Source of the DNA: Leptogorgia sarmentosa
Lineage: Eukaryota
Direction: 5' to 3'
DNA length: 64,000 nt
NCBI GenBank assembly: GCA_964658305.1
Contig: OZ210885.1
Span: 16,616,001 to 16,680,000 of the forward strand
Positions 9,201 through 23,500 of the stretch are shown in pieces. Each line of letters starts with the position of its first letter. Positions within the stretch are counted from its first letter, which is position 1. The position numbers and the translations under genes were made by a program. The notes beneath the pieces were generated by a model that made no database searches, was not told the DNA's origin, and was given only the letters and a program-made list of their open reading frames with translations.

Positions 9201-12200
9201 TGGGTGACCACCTGGGAATACTTTGTGTTGTAGACTTGCTTCATTTTATTGTATGTGTGTTTGTAAATAGGTTTGCTTTCAATTTCAACTTCAGGGTTTT
9301 GTTATTGTTACACGTTTAAAAAGTGTAACTTCCATCAACAAATGTCTACGACCATACCAGTAGGAAAATACCGGTTCTCGTCTGATCACCGAAGTTAAGC
9401 CTAGGTGGGCAAAGTTAGTACTTGGATGGGTGACCACCTGGGAATACTTTGTGTTGTAGACTTGCTTCATTTTATTGTATGTGTGTTTGTAAATAGGTTT
9501 GCTTTCAATTTCAACTTCAGGGTTTTGTTATTATTACACGTTGAAAAAGTGTAACTTCCATCAACAAATGTCTACGACCATACCAGTAGGAAAATACCGG
9601 TTCTCGTCTGATCACCAAAGTTAAGCCTAGGTGGGCAAAGTTAGTAGTTGGATGGGTGACCACCTGGGAATATTTTGTGTTGTAGACTTGCTTCATTTTA
9701 TTGTATGTCTGTTTGTAAATAGGTTTGCTTTCAATTTCAACTTCAGGGTTTTGTTATTGTTACACGTTCAAAAAGTGTAACTTCCATCAACAAATGTCTA
9801 CAACCATACCAGTGGGAAAATACCGGTTCTCGTCTGATCACCGAAGTTAAGCCTAGGTGGGCAAAGTTAGTAGTTGGATGGGTGACCACCTGGGAATACT
9901 TTGTGTTGTAGACTTGCTTCATTTTATTGTATGTGTGTTTGTAAATAGGTTTGCTTGGAATTTCAACTTCAGGGTTTTGTTATTGTTACACGTTTAAAAA
10001 GTGTAACTTCCATCAACAAATGTCTACGACCATACCAGTAGGAAAATACCGGTTCTCGTCTGATCACCGAAGTTAAGCCTAGGTGGGCAAAGTTAGTAGT
10101 TGGATGGGTGACCACCTGGGAATACTTTGTGTTGTAGACTTGCTTCTTTTTATTGTATGTGTGCTTGTAAATAGGTTTGCTTTCAATTTCAACTTCAGGG
10201 TTTTGTTATTGTTACACGTTGAAAAAGTGTAACTTCCATCAACAAATGTCTACGACCATACCAGTAGGAAAATACCGGTTCTCGTCCGATCACCAAAGTT
10301 AAGCCTAGGTGGGCAAAGTTAGTAGTTGGATGGGTGACCACCTGGGAATATTTTGTGTTGTAGACTTGCTTCATTTTATTGTATGTCTGTTTGTAAATAG
10401 GTTTGCTTTCAATTTCAACTTCAGGGTTTTGTTATTGTTACACGTTTAAAAAGTGTAACTTCCATCAACAAATGTCTACGACCATACCAGTGGGAAAATA
10501 CCGGTTCTCGTCTGATCACCGAAGTTAAGCCTAGGTGGGCAAAGTTAGTAGTTGGATGGGTGACCACCTGGGAATACTTTGTGTTGTAGACTTGCTTCAT
10601 TTTATTGTATGTGTGTTTGTAAATAGGTTTGCTTGGAATTTCAACTTCAGGGTTTTTTATTGTTACACGTTTAAAAAGTGTAACTTCCATCAACAAATGT
10701 CTACGACCATACCAGTAGGAAAATACCGGTTCTCGTCTGATCACCGAAGTTAAGCCTAGGTGGGCAAAGTTAGTAGTTGGATGGGTGACCACCTGGGAAT
10801 ACTTTGTGTTGTAGACTTGCTTCTTTTTATTGTATGTGTGCTTGTAAATAGGTTTGCTTTCAATTTCAACTTCAGGGTTTTGTTATTGTTACACGTTTAA
10901 AAAGTGTTACTTCCATCAACAAATGTCTACGACCATACCTGTAGGAAAATACCGGTTCTCGTCTGATGACCGAAGTTAAGCCTAGGTGGGCAAAGTTAGT
11001 ACTTGGATGGGTGACTACCTGGGAATACTTTGTGTTGTAGACTTGCTTCATTTTATTGTATGTGTGTTTGTAAATATAATTCCTTTCAATTTCAACTTCA
11101 GGGTTTTGTTATTGTTACACGTTTAAAAAGTGTTACTTCCATCGGCAAATGTCTACGACCATACCAGTAGGAAAATACCGGTTCTCGTCTGATCACCGAA
11201 TTTAAGCCTAGGTGGGGAAAGTTAGTACTTGGATGGGTGACCACCTGGGAATACTTTTTTTTGTAGACTTGCTTCATTTTATTGTATGTGTGTTTGCAAA
11301 TAGGTTTGCTTTCAATGTAAACTTCAGGGATTTTGTTATTGCTACATCTGGAAATACTTTGTATTGTTGTGTTGCTAAATGTTATTTAATGCCTATTTGT
11401 AAATATAATTCCTTTCAATTTCAACTTCAGGGTTTTGTTATTGTTACACGTTTAAAAAGTGTAACTTCCATCAACAAATGTCTACGACCGTACGAGTAGG
11501 AACATACCGGTTCTCGTCTGATCACCGAAGTTAAGCCTACGTGGGCAACGTTAGTACTTGGATGGGTGACTACCTGGGAATAATTTGTGTTGTAGACTTG
11601 CTTCATTTTATTGTATGTGTGTTTGTAAATAGGTTTGCTTTCAATTTCAACTTCAGGGTTTTGTTATTGTTACACGTTTAAAAAGTGTTACTTCCATCAA
11701 CAAATGTCTACGACCATACCAGTAGGAAAATACCGGTTCTCGTCTGATCACCGAAGTTCAGCCTAGGTGGGCACAGTTAGTACTTGTATGGGTGAGTACC
11801 TGGGAATACTTTGTGTTGTAGACTTGCTTCATTTTATTGTATGTGTGTTTGTAAATAGGTTTGCTTTCAATTGCAACTTCAGGGTTTTGTTATTGTTACA
11901 CGTTTAAAAAGTGTAACTTCCATCAACAAATGTCTACGACCATACCAGTAGGAAAATACCGGTTCTCGTTTGATCACTGAAGTTAAGCCTACGTGGGCAA
12001 AGTTAGTACTTGGATGGGTGACTACCTGGGAATACTTTCTGTTGTAGACTTGCTTCATTTTATTGTATGTGTGTTTGTAAATATAATTCCTTTCAATTTC
12101 AACTTCAGGGTTTTTTTATTGTTACACGTTTAAAAAGTGTAACTTCCATCAACAATTGTCTACGACCATACCAGTAGGAAAATACCGGTTCTCGTCTGAT

Positions 12201-15200
12201 CACCGAAGTTAAGCCTAGGTGGGCAAAGTTAGTACTTGGATGGGTGACTACCTGGGAATACTTTGTGTTGTAGACTTGCTTCATTTTATTGTATGTGTGT
12301 TTGTAAATAGGTTTGCTTTCAATTTCAACTTCAGAGTTTTGTTATTGTTACACGTTTAAAAAGTGTTACTTCCATCAACAAATGTCTACGACCATACCAG
12401 TAGGAAAATACCGGTTCTCGTCTGATCACCGAAGTTCAGCCTAGGTGGGCACAGTTAGTACTTGTATGGGTGACTACCTGGGAATACTTTGTGTTGTAGA
12501 CTTGCTTCATTTTATTGTATGTGTGTTTGTAAATAGGTTTGCTTTCAATTTCAACTTCAGGGTTTTGTTATTGTTACACGTTTAAAAAGTGTAACTTCCA
12601 TCAACAAATGTCTACGACCATACCAGTAGGAAAATACCGGTTCTCGTCTGATCACCGAAGTTAAGCCTAGGTGGGCAAAGTTAGTAGTTGGATGGGTGAC
12701 CACCTGGGAATACTTTGTGTTGTAGACTTGCTTCTTTTTATTGTATGTGTGCTTGTAAATAGGTTTGCTTTCAATTTCAACTTCAGGGTTTTGTTATTGT
12801 TACACGTTTAAAAAGTGTTACTTCCATCAACAAATGTCTACGACCATACCTGTAGGAAAATACCGGTTCTCGTCTGATGACCGAAGTTAAGCCTAGGTGG
12901 GCAAAGTTAGTACTTGGATGGGTGACTACCTGGGAATACTTTGTGTTGTAGACTTGCTTCATTTTATTGTATGTTTGTTTGTAAATATAATTCCTTTCAA
13001 TTTCAACTTCAGGGTTTTGTTATTGTTACACGTTTAAAAAGTGTAACTTCCATCAACAAATGTCTACGACCATACCAGTAGGAAAATACCGGTTCTCGTC
13101 TGATCACCGAAGTTAAGCCTAGGTGGGCAAAGTTAGTACTTGGATGGGTGACCACCTGGGAATACTTTGTGTTGTAGACTTGCTTCATTTTATTGTATGT
13201 GTGTTTGTAAATAGGTTTGCTTTCAATTTCAACTTCAGGGTTTTGTTATTGTTACACGTTTAAAAAGTGTAACTTCCATCAACAAATGTCTACGACCATA
13301 CCAGTAGGAAAATACCGGTTCTCGTCTGATCACCGAAGTTAAGCCTAGGTGGGCAAAGTTAGTACTTGGATGGGTGACCACCTGGGAATACTTTGTGTTG
13401 TAGACTTGCTTCATTTTATTGTATGTGTGTTTGTAAATAGGTTTGCTTTCAATTTCAACTTCAGGGTTTTGTTATTATTACACGTTGAAAAAGTGTAACT
13501 TCCATCAACAAATGTCTACGACCATACCAGTAGGAAAATACCGGTTCTCGTCTGATCACCAAAGTTAAGCCTAGGTGGGCAAAGTTAGTAGTTGGATGGG
13601 TGACCACCTGGGAATATTTTGTGTTGTAGACTTGCTTCATTTTATTGTATGTCTGTTTGTAAATAGGTTTGCTTTCAATTTCAACTTCAGGGTTTTGTTA
13701 TTGTTACACGTTCAAAAAGTGTAACTTCCATCAACAAATGTCTACAACCATACCAGTGGGAAAATACCGGTTCTCGTCTGATCACCGAAGTTAAGCCTAG
13801 GTGGGCAAAGTTAGTAGTTGGATGGGTGACCACCTGGGAATACTTTGTGTTGTAGACTTGCTTCATTTTATTGTATGTGTGTTTGTAAATAGGTTTGCTT
13901 GGAATTTCAACTTCAGGGTTTTGTTATTGTTACACGTTTAAAAAGTGTAACTTCCATCAACAAATGTCTACGACCATACCAGTAGGAAAATACCGGTTCT
14001 CGTCTGATCACCGAAGTTAAGCCTAGGTGGGCAAAGTTAGTAGTTGGATGGGTGACCACCTGGGAATACTTTGTGTTGTAGACTTGCTTCTTTTTATTGT
14101 ATGTGTGCTTGTAAATAGGTTTGCTTTCAATTTCAACTTCAGGGTTTTGTTATTGTTACACGTTGAAAAAGTGTAACTTCCATCAACAAATGTCTACGAC
14201 CATACCAGTAGGAAAATACCGGTTCTCGTCCGATCACCAAAGTTAAGCCTAGGTGGGCAAAGTTAGTAGTTGGATGGGTGACCACCTGGGAATATTTTGT
14301 GTTGTAGACTTGCTTCATTTTATTGTATGTCTGTTTGTAAATAGGTTTGCTTTCAATTTCAACTTCAGGGTTTTGTTATTGTTACACGTTTAAAAAGTGT
14401 AACTTCCATCAACAAATGTCTACGACCATACCAGTGGGAAAATACCGGTTCTCGTCTGATCACCGAAGTTAAGCCTAGGTGGGCAAAGTTAGTAGTTGGA
14501 TGGGTGACCACCTGGGAATACTTTGTGTTGTAGACTTGCTTCATTTTATTGTATGTGTGTTTGTAAATAGGTTTGCTTGGAATTTCAACTTCAGGGTTTT
14601 TTATTGTTACACGTTTAAAAAGTGTAACTTCCATCAACAAATGTCTACGACCATACCAGTAGGAAAATACCGGTTCTCGTCTGATCACCGAAGTTAAGCC
14701 TAGGTGGGCAAAGTTAGTAGTTGGATGGGTGACCACCTGGGAATACTTTGTGTTGTAGACTTGCTTCTTTTTATTGTATGTGTGCTTGTAAATAGGTTTG
14801 CTTTCAATTTCAACTTCAGGGTTTTGTTATTGTTACACGTTTAAAAAGTGTTACTTCCATCAACAAATGTCTACGACCATACCTGTAGGAAAATACCGGT
14901 TCTCGTCTGATGACCGAAGTTAAGCCTAGGTGGGCAAAGTTAGTACTTGGATGGGTGACTACCTGGGAATACTTTGTGTTGTAGACTTGCTTCATTTTAT
15001 TGTATGTGTGTTTGTAAATATAATTCCTTTCAATTTCAACTTCAGGGTTTTGTTATTGTTACACGTTTAAAAAGTGTTACTTCCATCGGCAAATGTCTAC
15101 GACCATACCAGTAGGAAAATACCGGTTCTCGTCTGATCACCGAAGTTAAGCCTAGGTGGGGAAAGTTAGTACTTGGATGGGTGACCACCTGGGAATACTT

Positions 15201-18200
15201 TTTTTTGTAGACTTGCTTCATTTTATTGTATGTGTGTTTGCAAATAGGTTTGCTTTCAATGTAAACTTCAGGGATTTTGTTATTGCTACATCTGGAAATA
15301 CTTTGTATTGTTGTGTTGCTAAATGTTATTTAATGCCTATTTGTAAATATAATTCCTTTCAATTTCAACTTCAGGGTTTTGTTATTGTTACACGTTTAAA
15401 AAGTGTAACTTCCATCAACAAATGTCTACGACCGTACGAGTAGGAACATACCGGTTCTCGTCTGATCACCGAAGTTAAGCCTACGTGGGCAACGTTAGTA
15501 CTTGGATGGGTGACTACCTGGGAATAATTTGTGTTGTAGACTTGCTTCATTTTATTGTATGTGTGTTTGTAAATAGGTTTGCTTTCAATTTCAACTTCAG
15601 GGTTTTGTTATTGTTACACGTTTAAAAAGTGTTACTTCCATCAACAAATGTCTACGACCATACCAGTAGGAAAATACCGGTTCTCGTCTGATCACCGAAG
15701 TTCAGCCTAGGTGGGCACAGTTAGTACTTGTATGGGTGACTACCTGGGAATACTTTGTGTTGTAGACTTGCTTCATTTTATTGTATGTGTGTTTGTAAAT
15801 AGGTTTGCTTTCAATTGCAACTTCAGGGTTTTGTTATTGTTACACGTTTAAAAAGTGTAACTTCCATCAACAAATGTCTACGACCATACCAGTAGGAAAA
15901 TACCGGTTCTCGTTTGATCACTGAAGTTAAGCCTACGTGGGCAAAGTTAGTACTTGGATGGGTGACTACCTGGGAATACTTTCTGTTGTAGACTTGCTTC
16001 ATTTTATTGTATGTGTGTTTGTAAATATAATTCCTTTCAATTTCAACTTCAGGGTTTTTTTATTGTTACACGTTTAAAAAGTGTAACTTCCATCAACAAT
16101 TGTCTACGACCATACCAGTAGGAAAATACCGGTTCTCGTCTGATCACCGAAGTTAAGCCTAGGTGGGCAAAGTTAGTACTTGGATGGGTGACTACCTGGG
16201 AATACTTTGTGTTGTAGACTTGCTTCATTTTATTGTATGTGTGTTTGTAAATAGGTTTGCTTTCAATTTCAACTTCAGAGTTTTGTTATTGTTACACGTT
16301 TAAAAAGTGTTACTTCCATCAACAAATGTCTACGACCATACCAGTAGGAAAATACCGGTTCTCGTCTGATCACCGAAGTTCAGCCTAGGTGGGCACAGTT
16401 AGTACTTGTATGGGTGACTACCTGGGAATACTTTGTGTTGTAGACTTGCTTCATTTTATTGTATGTGTGTTTGTAAATAGGTTTGCTTTCAATTTCAACT
16501 TCAGGGTTTTGTTATTGTTACACGTTTAAAAAGTGTAACTTCCATCAACAAATGTCTACGACCATACCAGTAGGAAAATACCGGTTCTCGTCTGATCACC
16601 GAAGTTAAGCCTAGGTGGGCAAAGTTAGTAGTTGGATGGGTGACCACCTGGGAATACTTTGTGTTGTAGACTTGCTTCTTTTTATTGTATGTGTGCTTGT
16701 AAATAGGTTTGCTTTCAATTTCAACTTCAGGGTTTTGTTATTGTTACACGTTTAAAAAGTGTTACTTCCATCAACAAATGTCTACGACCATACCTGTAGG
16801 AAAATACCGGTTCTCGTCTGATGACCGAAGTTAAGCCTAGGTGGGCAAAGTTAGTACTTGGATGGGTGACTACCTGGGAATACTTTGTGTTGTAGACTTG
16901 CTTCATTTTATTGTATGTGTGTTTGTAAATATAATTCCTTTCAATTTCAACTACAGGGTTTTGTTATTGTTACACGTTTAAAAAGTGTAACTTCCATCAA
17001 CAAATGTCTACGACCATACCAGTAGGAAAATACCGGTTCTCGTCTGATCACCGAAGTTAAGCCTAGGTGGGCAAAGTTAGTACTTGGATGGGTGACCACC
17101 TGGGAATACTTTGTGTTGTAGACTTGCTTCATTTTATTGTATGTGTGTTTCTAAATAGGTTTGCTTTCAATGTAAACTTCAGGGATTTTGTTATTGCTAC
17201 ATCTGGAAATACTTTGTATTGTTGTTTTGCTAAATGTTATCTAATGCCTATTTGTAAATATAATTCCTTTCAATTTCAACTTCAGGGTTTTGTTATTGTT
17301 ACACGTTTAAAAAGTGTTACTTCCATCAACAAATGTCTACGACCGTACGAGTAGGAAAATACCGGTTCTCGTCTGATCACCGAAGTTAAGCCTAGGTGGG
17401 CAAAGTTAGTAGTTGGATGGGTGACCACCTGGTAATACTTTGTGTTGTAGACTTGCTTCATTTTATTGTATGTGTGTTTGTAAATAGGTTTGCTTTCAAT
17501 TTCAACTTCAGGGTTTTGTTATTGTTACACGTTTAAAAAGTGTAACTTCCATCAACAAATGTCTACGACCATACCAGTAGGAAAATACCGGTTCTCGTCT
17601 GATCACCGAAGTTAAGCCTAGGTGGGCAAAGTTAGTACTTGGATGGGTGACCACCTGGGAATACTTTGTGTTGTAGACTTGCTTCATTTTATTGTATGTG
17701 TGTTTGTAAATAGGTTTGCTTTCAATTTCAACTTCAGGGTTTTGTTATTATTACACGTTGAAAAAGTGTAACTTCCATCAACAAATGTCTACGACCATAC
17801 CAGTAGGAAAATACCGGTTCTCGTCTGATCACCAAAGTTAAGCCTAGGTGGGCAAAGTTAGTAGTTGGATGGGTGACCACCTGGGAATATTTTGTGTTGT
17901 AGACTTGCTTCATTTTATTGTATGTCTGTTTGTAAATAGGTTTGCTTTCAATTTCAACTTCAGGGTTTTGTTATTGTTACACGTTCAAAAAGTGTAACTT
18001 CCATCAACAAATGTCTACAACCATACCAGTGGGAAAATACCGGTTCTCGTCTGATCACCGAAGTTAAGCCTAGGTGGGCAAAGTTAGTAGTTGGATGGGT
18101 GACCACCTGGGAATACTTTGTGTTGTAGACTTGCTTCATTTTATTGTATGTGTGTTTGTAAATAGGTTTGCTTGGAATTTCAACTTCAGGGTTTTGTTAT

Positions 18201-18430
18201 TGTTACACGTTTAAAAAGTGTAACTTCCATCAACAAATGTCTACGACCATACCAGTAGGAAAATACCGGTTCTCGTCTGATCACCGAAGTTAAGCCTAGG
18301 TGGGCAAAGTTAGTAGTTGGATGGGTGACCACCTGGGAATACTTTGTGTTGTAGACTTGCTTCTTTTTATTGTATGTGTGCTTGTAAATAGGTTTGCTTT
18401 CAATTTCAACTTCAGGGTTTTGTTATTGTT
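6225..18430 (+). repeat. 3944-bp higher-order repeat (17 genes), ~3 copies
   Basis: Identical markers at 7268/11212/15156 and 6477/10421/14365. 3944 = 329 + 16x226 - 1. Ends are approximate. Confidence 0.9.
7207..7326 (+). pseudogene. Probable 5S pseudogene with internal T8 (also at 11151, 15095, 18916, 19697, 25100, 50398, 56026, 58162, 61200, 63562)
   Basis: G108T and G110T create TTTTTTTT at +105..+112 (7311-7318). C67G also breaks helix V. Confidence 0.7.
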
Positions 18431-18909
18431 ACACGTTTAAAAAGTGTTACTTCCATCAACAAATGTCTACGACCATACCTGTAGGAAAATACCGGTTCTC
18501 GTCTGATGACCGAAGTTAAGCCTAGGTGGGCAAAGTTAGTACTTGGATGGGTGACTACCTGGGAATACTTTGTGTTGTAGACTTGCTTCATTTTATTGTA
18601 TGTGTGTTTGTAAATATAATTCCTTTCAATTTCAACTTCAGGGTTTTGTTATTGTTACACGTTTAAAAAGTGTTACTTCCATCGGCAAATGTCTACGACC
18701 ATACCAGTAGGAAAATACCGGTTCTCGTCTGATCACCGAAGTTAAGCCTAGGTGGGCAAGTTAGTACTTGGATGGGTGACCACCTGGGAATACTTTGTGT
18801 TGTAGACTTGCTTCATTTTATTGTATGTGTGTTTGTAAATAGGTTTGCTTTCAATTTCAACTTCAGGGATTTGTTATTGTTACACGTTTAAAAAGTGTTA
18901 CTTCCATGA

Positions 18910-20540
18910 ACAAATGTCTACGACCATACCAGTAGGAAAATACCGGTTCTCGTCTGATCACCGAAGTTAAGCCTAGGTGGGGAAAGTTAGTACTTGGATG
19001 GGTGACCACCTGGGAATACTTTTTTTTGTAGACTTGCTTCATTTTATTGTATGTGTGTTTGCAAATAGGTTTGCTTTCAATGTAAACTTCAGGGATTTTG
19101 TTATTGCTACATCTGGAAATACTTTGTATTGTTGTTTTGCTAAATGTTATTTAATGCCTATTTGTAAATATACTTCCTTTCAATTTCAACTTCGGGGTTT
19201 TGTTATTGTTACACGATTAAAAAGTGTAACTTCCATCAACAAATGTGTACGACCGTACGAGTAGGAAAATACCGGTTCTCGTCTGATCACCGAAGTTAAG
19301 CCTAGGTGGGCACAGTTAGTAGTTGGATGGGTGACCACCTGGGAATACTTTGTGTTGTAGACTTGCTTCATTTTATTGTATGTGTGTTTGTAAATAGGTT
19401 TGCTTTCAATTTCAACTTCAGGGATTTGTTATTGTTACACGTTTTAAAAGTGTAACTTCCATCAGCAAATGTCTACGACCATACCAGTAGGAAAATACCG
19501 GTTCTCGTCTGATCACCGAAGTTAAGCCTAGGTGGGCAAAGTTAGTACTTGGATGGGTGACCACCTGGGAATACTTTGTGTTGTAGACTTGCTTCATTTT
19601 ATTGTATGTGTGTTTGTAAATAGGTTTGCTTTCAATTTCATCTTCAGGGTTTTGTTATTGTTACACGTTTAAAAAGTGTTACTTCCATCAACAAATGTCT
19701 ACGACCATACCAGTAGGAAAATACCGGTTCTCGTCTGATCACCGAAGTTAAGCCTAGGTGGGGAAAGTTAGTACTTGGATGGGTGACCACCTGGGAATAC
19801 TTTTTTTTGTAGACTTGCTTCATTTTATTGTATGTGTGTTTGCAAATAGGTTTGCTTTCAATGTAAACTTCAGGGATTTTGTTATTGCTACATCTGGAAA
19901 TACTTTGTATTGTTGTTTTGCTAAATGTTATTTAATGCCTATTTGTAAATATACTTCCTTTCAATTTCAACTTCGGGGTTTTGTTATTGTTACACGATTA
20001 AAAAGTGTAACTTCCATCAACAAATGTGTACGACCGTACGAGTAGGAAAATACCGGTTCTCGTCTGATCACCGAAGTTAAGCCTAGGTGGGCACAGTTAG
20101 TAGTTGGATGGGTGACCACCTGGGAATACTTTGTGTTGTAGACTTGCTTCATTTTATTGTATGTGTGTTTGTAAATAGGTTTGCTTTCAATTTCAACTTC
20201 AGGGATTTGTTATTGTTACACGTTTTAAAAGTGTAACTTCCATCAGCAAATGTCTACGACCATACCAGTAGGAAAATACCGGTTCTCGTCTGATCACCGA
20301 AGTTAAGCCTAGGTGGGCAAAGTTAGTACTTGGATGGGTGACCACCTGGGAATACTTTGTGTTGTAGACTTGCTTCATTTTATTGTATGTGTGTTTGTAA
20401 ATAGGTTTGCTTTCAATTTCATCTTCAGGGTTTTGTTATTGTTACACGTTTAAAAAGTGTTACTTCCATCAACAAATGTCTACGACCATACCAGTAGGAA
20501 AATACCGGTTCTCGTCTGATCACCGAAGTTAAGCCTAGGT
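18910..20540 (+). repeat. 781-bp higher-order repeat (3 genes), ~2 copies
   Basis: Markers at 18977/19758 and 19186/19967 share private variants (CGATTAAA, GTGTACG, CATCAGC, TTCATCTTC). 781 = 329 + 2x226. Confidence 0.88.
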
Positions 20541-23500
20541 GGGCAAAGTTAGTACTTGGATGGGTGACTACCTGGGAATACTTTGTGTTGTAGACTTGCT
20601 TCATTTTATTGTATGTGTGTTTGTAAATATAATTCCTTTCAATTTCAACTTCAGGGTTTTGTTATTGTTACACGTTTAAAAAGTGTAACTTCCATCAACA
20701 ATTGTCTACGACCATACCAGTAGGAAAATACCGGTTCTCGTCTGATCACAGAAGTTAAGCCTAGGTGGGCAAGGTTAGTAGTTGGATGGGTGACCACCTG
20801 GGAATATTTTGTGTTGTACACTTGCTTCATTTTATTGTATGTGTGTTTCTAAATAGGTTTGCTTTCAATTTCAACTTCAGGGTTTTCTTATTGTTACACG
20901 TTTAAAAAGTGTAACTTCCATCAACAAATGTCTACGACCATACCAGTAGCAAAATACCGGTTCTCGTCTGATCACCGAAGTTAACCCTAGGTGGGCAAAG
21001 TTAGTAGTTGGATGGGTGACCACCTGGGAATACTTTGTGTTGTAGACTTGCTTCATTTTATTGTATGTGTGTTTGTAAATAGGTTTGCTTGGAATTTCAA
21101 CTTCAGGGTTTTGTTATTGTTACACGTTTAAAAAGTGTAACTTCCATCAACAGATGTCTACGACCATACCTGTAGGAAAATACCGGTTCTCCTCTGATCA
21201 CCGAAGTTAAGCCTAGGTGGGAAAAGTTAGTAGTTGTATGGGTGACCACCTGGGAGTACTTTGTGTTGTAGACTTGCTTCATTTTATTGTATGTGTGTTT
21301 GTAAATAGGTTTGCTTTCAATTTCAACTTCAGGATTTTTTTATTGTTACACGTTAAAAAAGTGTAACTTCCATCAACAAATGTCTACCACCATACCAGTA
21401 GGAAAATACCGGTTCTCGTCTGATCACCGAAGTTAAGCCTAGGTGGGCAAAGTTAGTACTTGGATGGGTGACCACCTGGGAATATTTTGTGTTGTAGACT
21501 TGCTTCATTTTATTGTATGTGTGTTTGTAAATAGGTTTGCTTTCAATTTCAACTTGAGGGTTTTCTTATTGTTACATGTTCAAAAAGTGTAACTTCCATC
21601 AACAAATGTCTACGACCATACCAGCAGGAAAATACCGGTTCTCGTCTGATCACCGAAGTTAAGCCTAGGTGGGCAAGTTAGTACTTGGATGGGTGACCAC
21701 CTGGGAATACTTTGTTTTGTAGACTTGCTTCATTTTATTGTATGTGTGTTTGTAAATAGGTTTGCTTTCAATTTCAACTTTAGGGTTTTGTTATTGTTAC
21801 ACGTTTAAAAAGTGTAACTTCCATCAACAAATGTCTACGACCATACCAGTAGGAAAATACCGGTTCTCGTCTGATCACCGAAGTTAACCCTAGGTGGGCA
21901 AAGTTAGTAGTTGGATGGGTGACCACCTGGGAATACTTTGTGTTGTAGACTTGCTTCATTTTATTGTATGTGTGTTTGTAAATAGGTTTGCTTGGAATTT
22001 CAACTTCAGGGTTTTGTTATTGTTACACGTTTAAAAAGTGTAACTTCCATCAACAGATGTCTACGACCATACCTGTAGGAAAATACCGGTTCTCCTCTGA
22101 TCACCGAAGTTAAGCCTAGGTGGGAAAAGTTAGTAGTTGTATGGGTGACCACCTGGGAATACTTTGTGTTGTCGACTTGCTTCATTTTATTGTATGTGTG
22201 TTTGTAAATAGGTTTGCTTTCAATTTCAACTTCAGGGTTTTGTTATTGTTACACGTTTAAAAAGTGTTACTTCCATCAACAAATGTCTACGACCATACTA
22301 GTAGGAAAATACCGGTCCTCGTCTGATCACCGAAGTTAAGCCTAGGTGGGCAAGGTTAGTAGTTGGATGGGTGACCACCTGGGAATATTTTGTGTTGTAC
22401 ACTTGCTTCATTTTATTGTATGTGTGTTTCTAAATAGGTTTGCTTTCAATTTCAACTTCAGGGTTTTGTTATTGTTACACGTTTAAAAAGTGTTACTTCC
22501 ATCAACAAATGTCTACGACCATACCTGTAGGAAAATACCGGTTCTCGTCTGATCACCGAAGTTAAGCCTAGGTGGGAAAAGTTAGTAGTTGTATGGATGA
22601 CCACCTGGGAATACTTTGTGTTGTAGACTTGCTTCATTTTATTGTATGTGTGTTTGTAAATAGGTTTGCTTTCAATTTCAACTTCAGGGTTTTGTTATTG
22701 TTACACGTTTAAAAAGTGTTACTTCCATCAACAAATGTCTACGACCATACCTGTAGGAAAATACCGGTTCTCGTCTGATCACCGAAGTGAAGCCTAGATG
22801 GGCAAAGTTAGTAGTTGTATGGGTGACCACCTGGGAATACTTTGTGTTGTAGACTTGCTTCATTTTATTGTATGTGTGTTTGTAAATAGGTTTGCTTTCA
22901 ATTTCAACTTCAGGGTTTTGTTATTGTTACACGTTTAAAAAGTGTTACTTCCATCAACAAATGTCTACGACCATACCAGTAGGAAAATACCGGTTCTCGT
23001 CTGATCACCGAAATTAAGCCTAGGTGGGCAAGGTTAGTAGTTGGATGGGTGACCCCCTGGGAATATTTTGTGTTGTACACTTGCTTCATTTTATTGTATG
23101 TGTGTTTCTAAATAGGTTTGCTTTCAATTTCAACTTCAGGGTTTTGTTATTGTTACACGTTTAAAAAGTGTTACTTCCATCAACAAATGTCTACGACCAT
23201 ACAAGTAGGAAAATACCGGTTCTCGTCTGATCACCGAAGTAAAGAATAGGTGGGCAATGTTAGTACTTGGATGGGTGACTACCTGGGAATACTTTGTGTT
23301 GTAGACTTGCTTCATTTCATTGTATGTGTGTTTGTAAATAGGTTTGCTTTCAATTTCAACTTCAGGGTTTTGTTATTGTTACACGTTTAAAAAGTGTAAC
23401 TTCCATCAAAGAATGTCTACGACCATACCAGTAGGAAAATGCCGGGTCTCGTCTGATCACCGAAGTTTAGCCTAGGTGGGAAAAGTTAGTACTTGGATGG

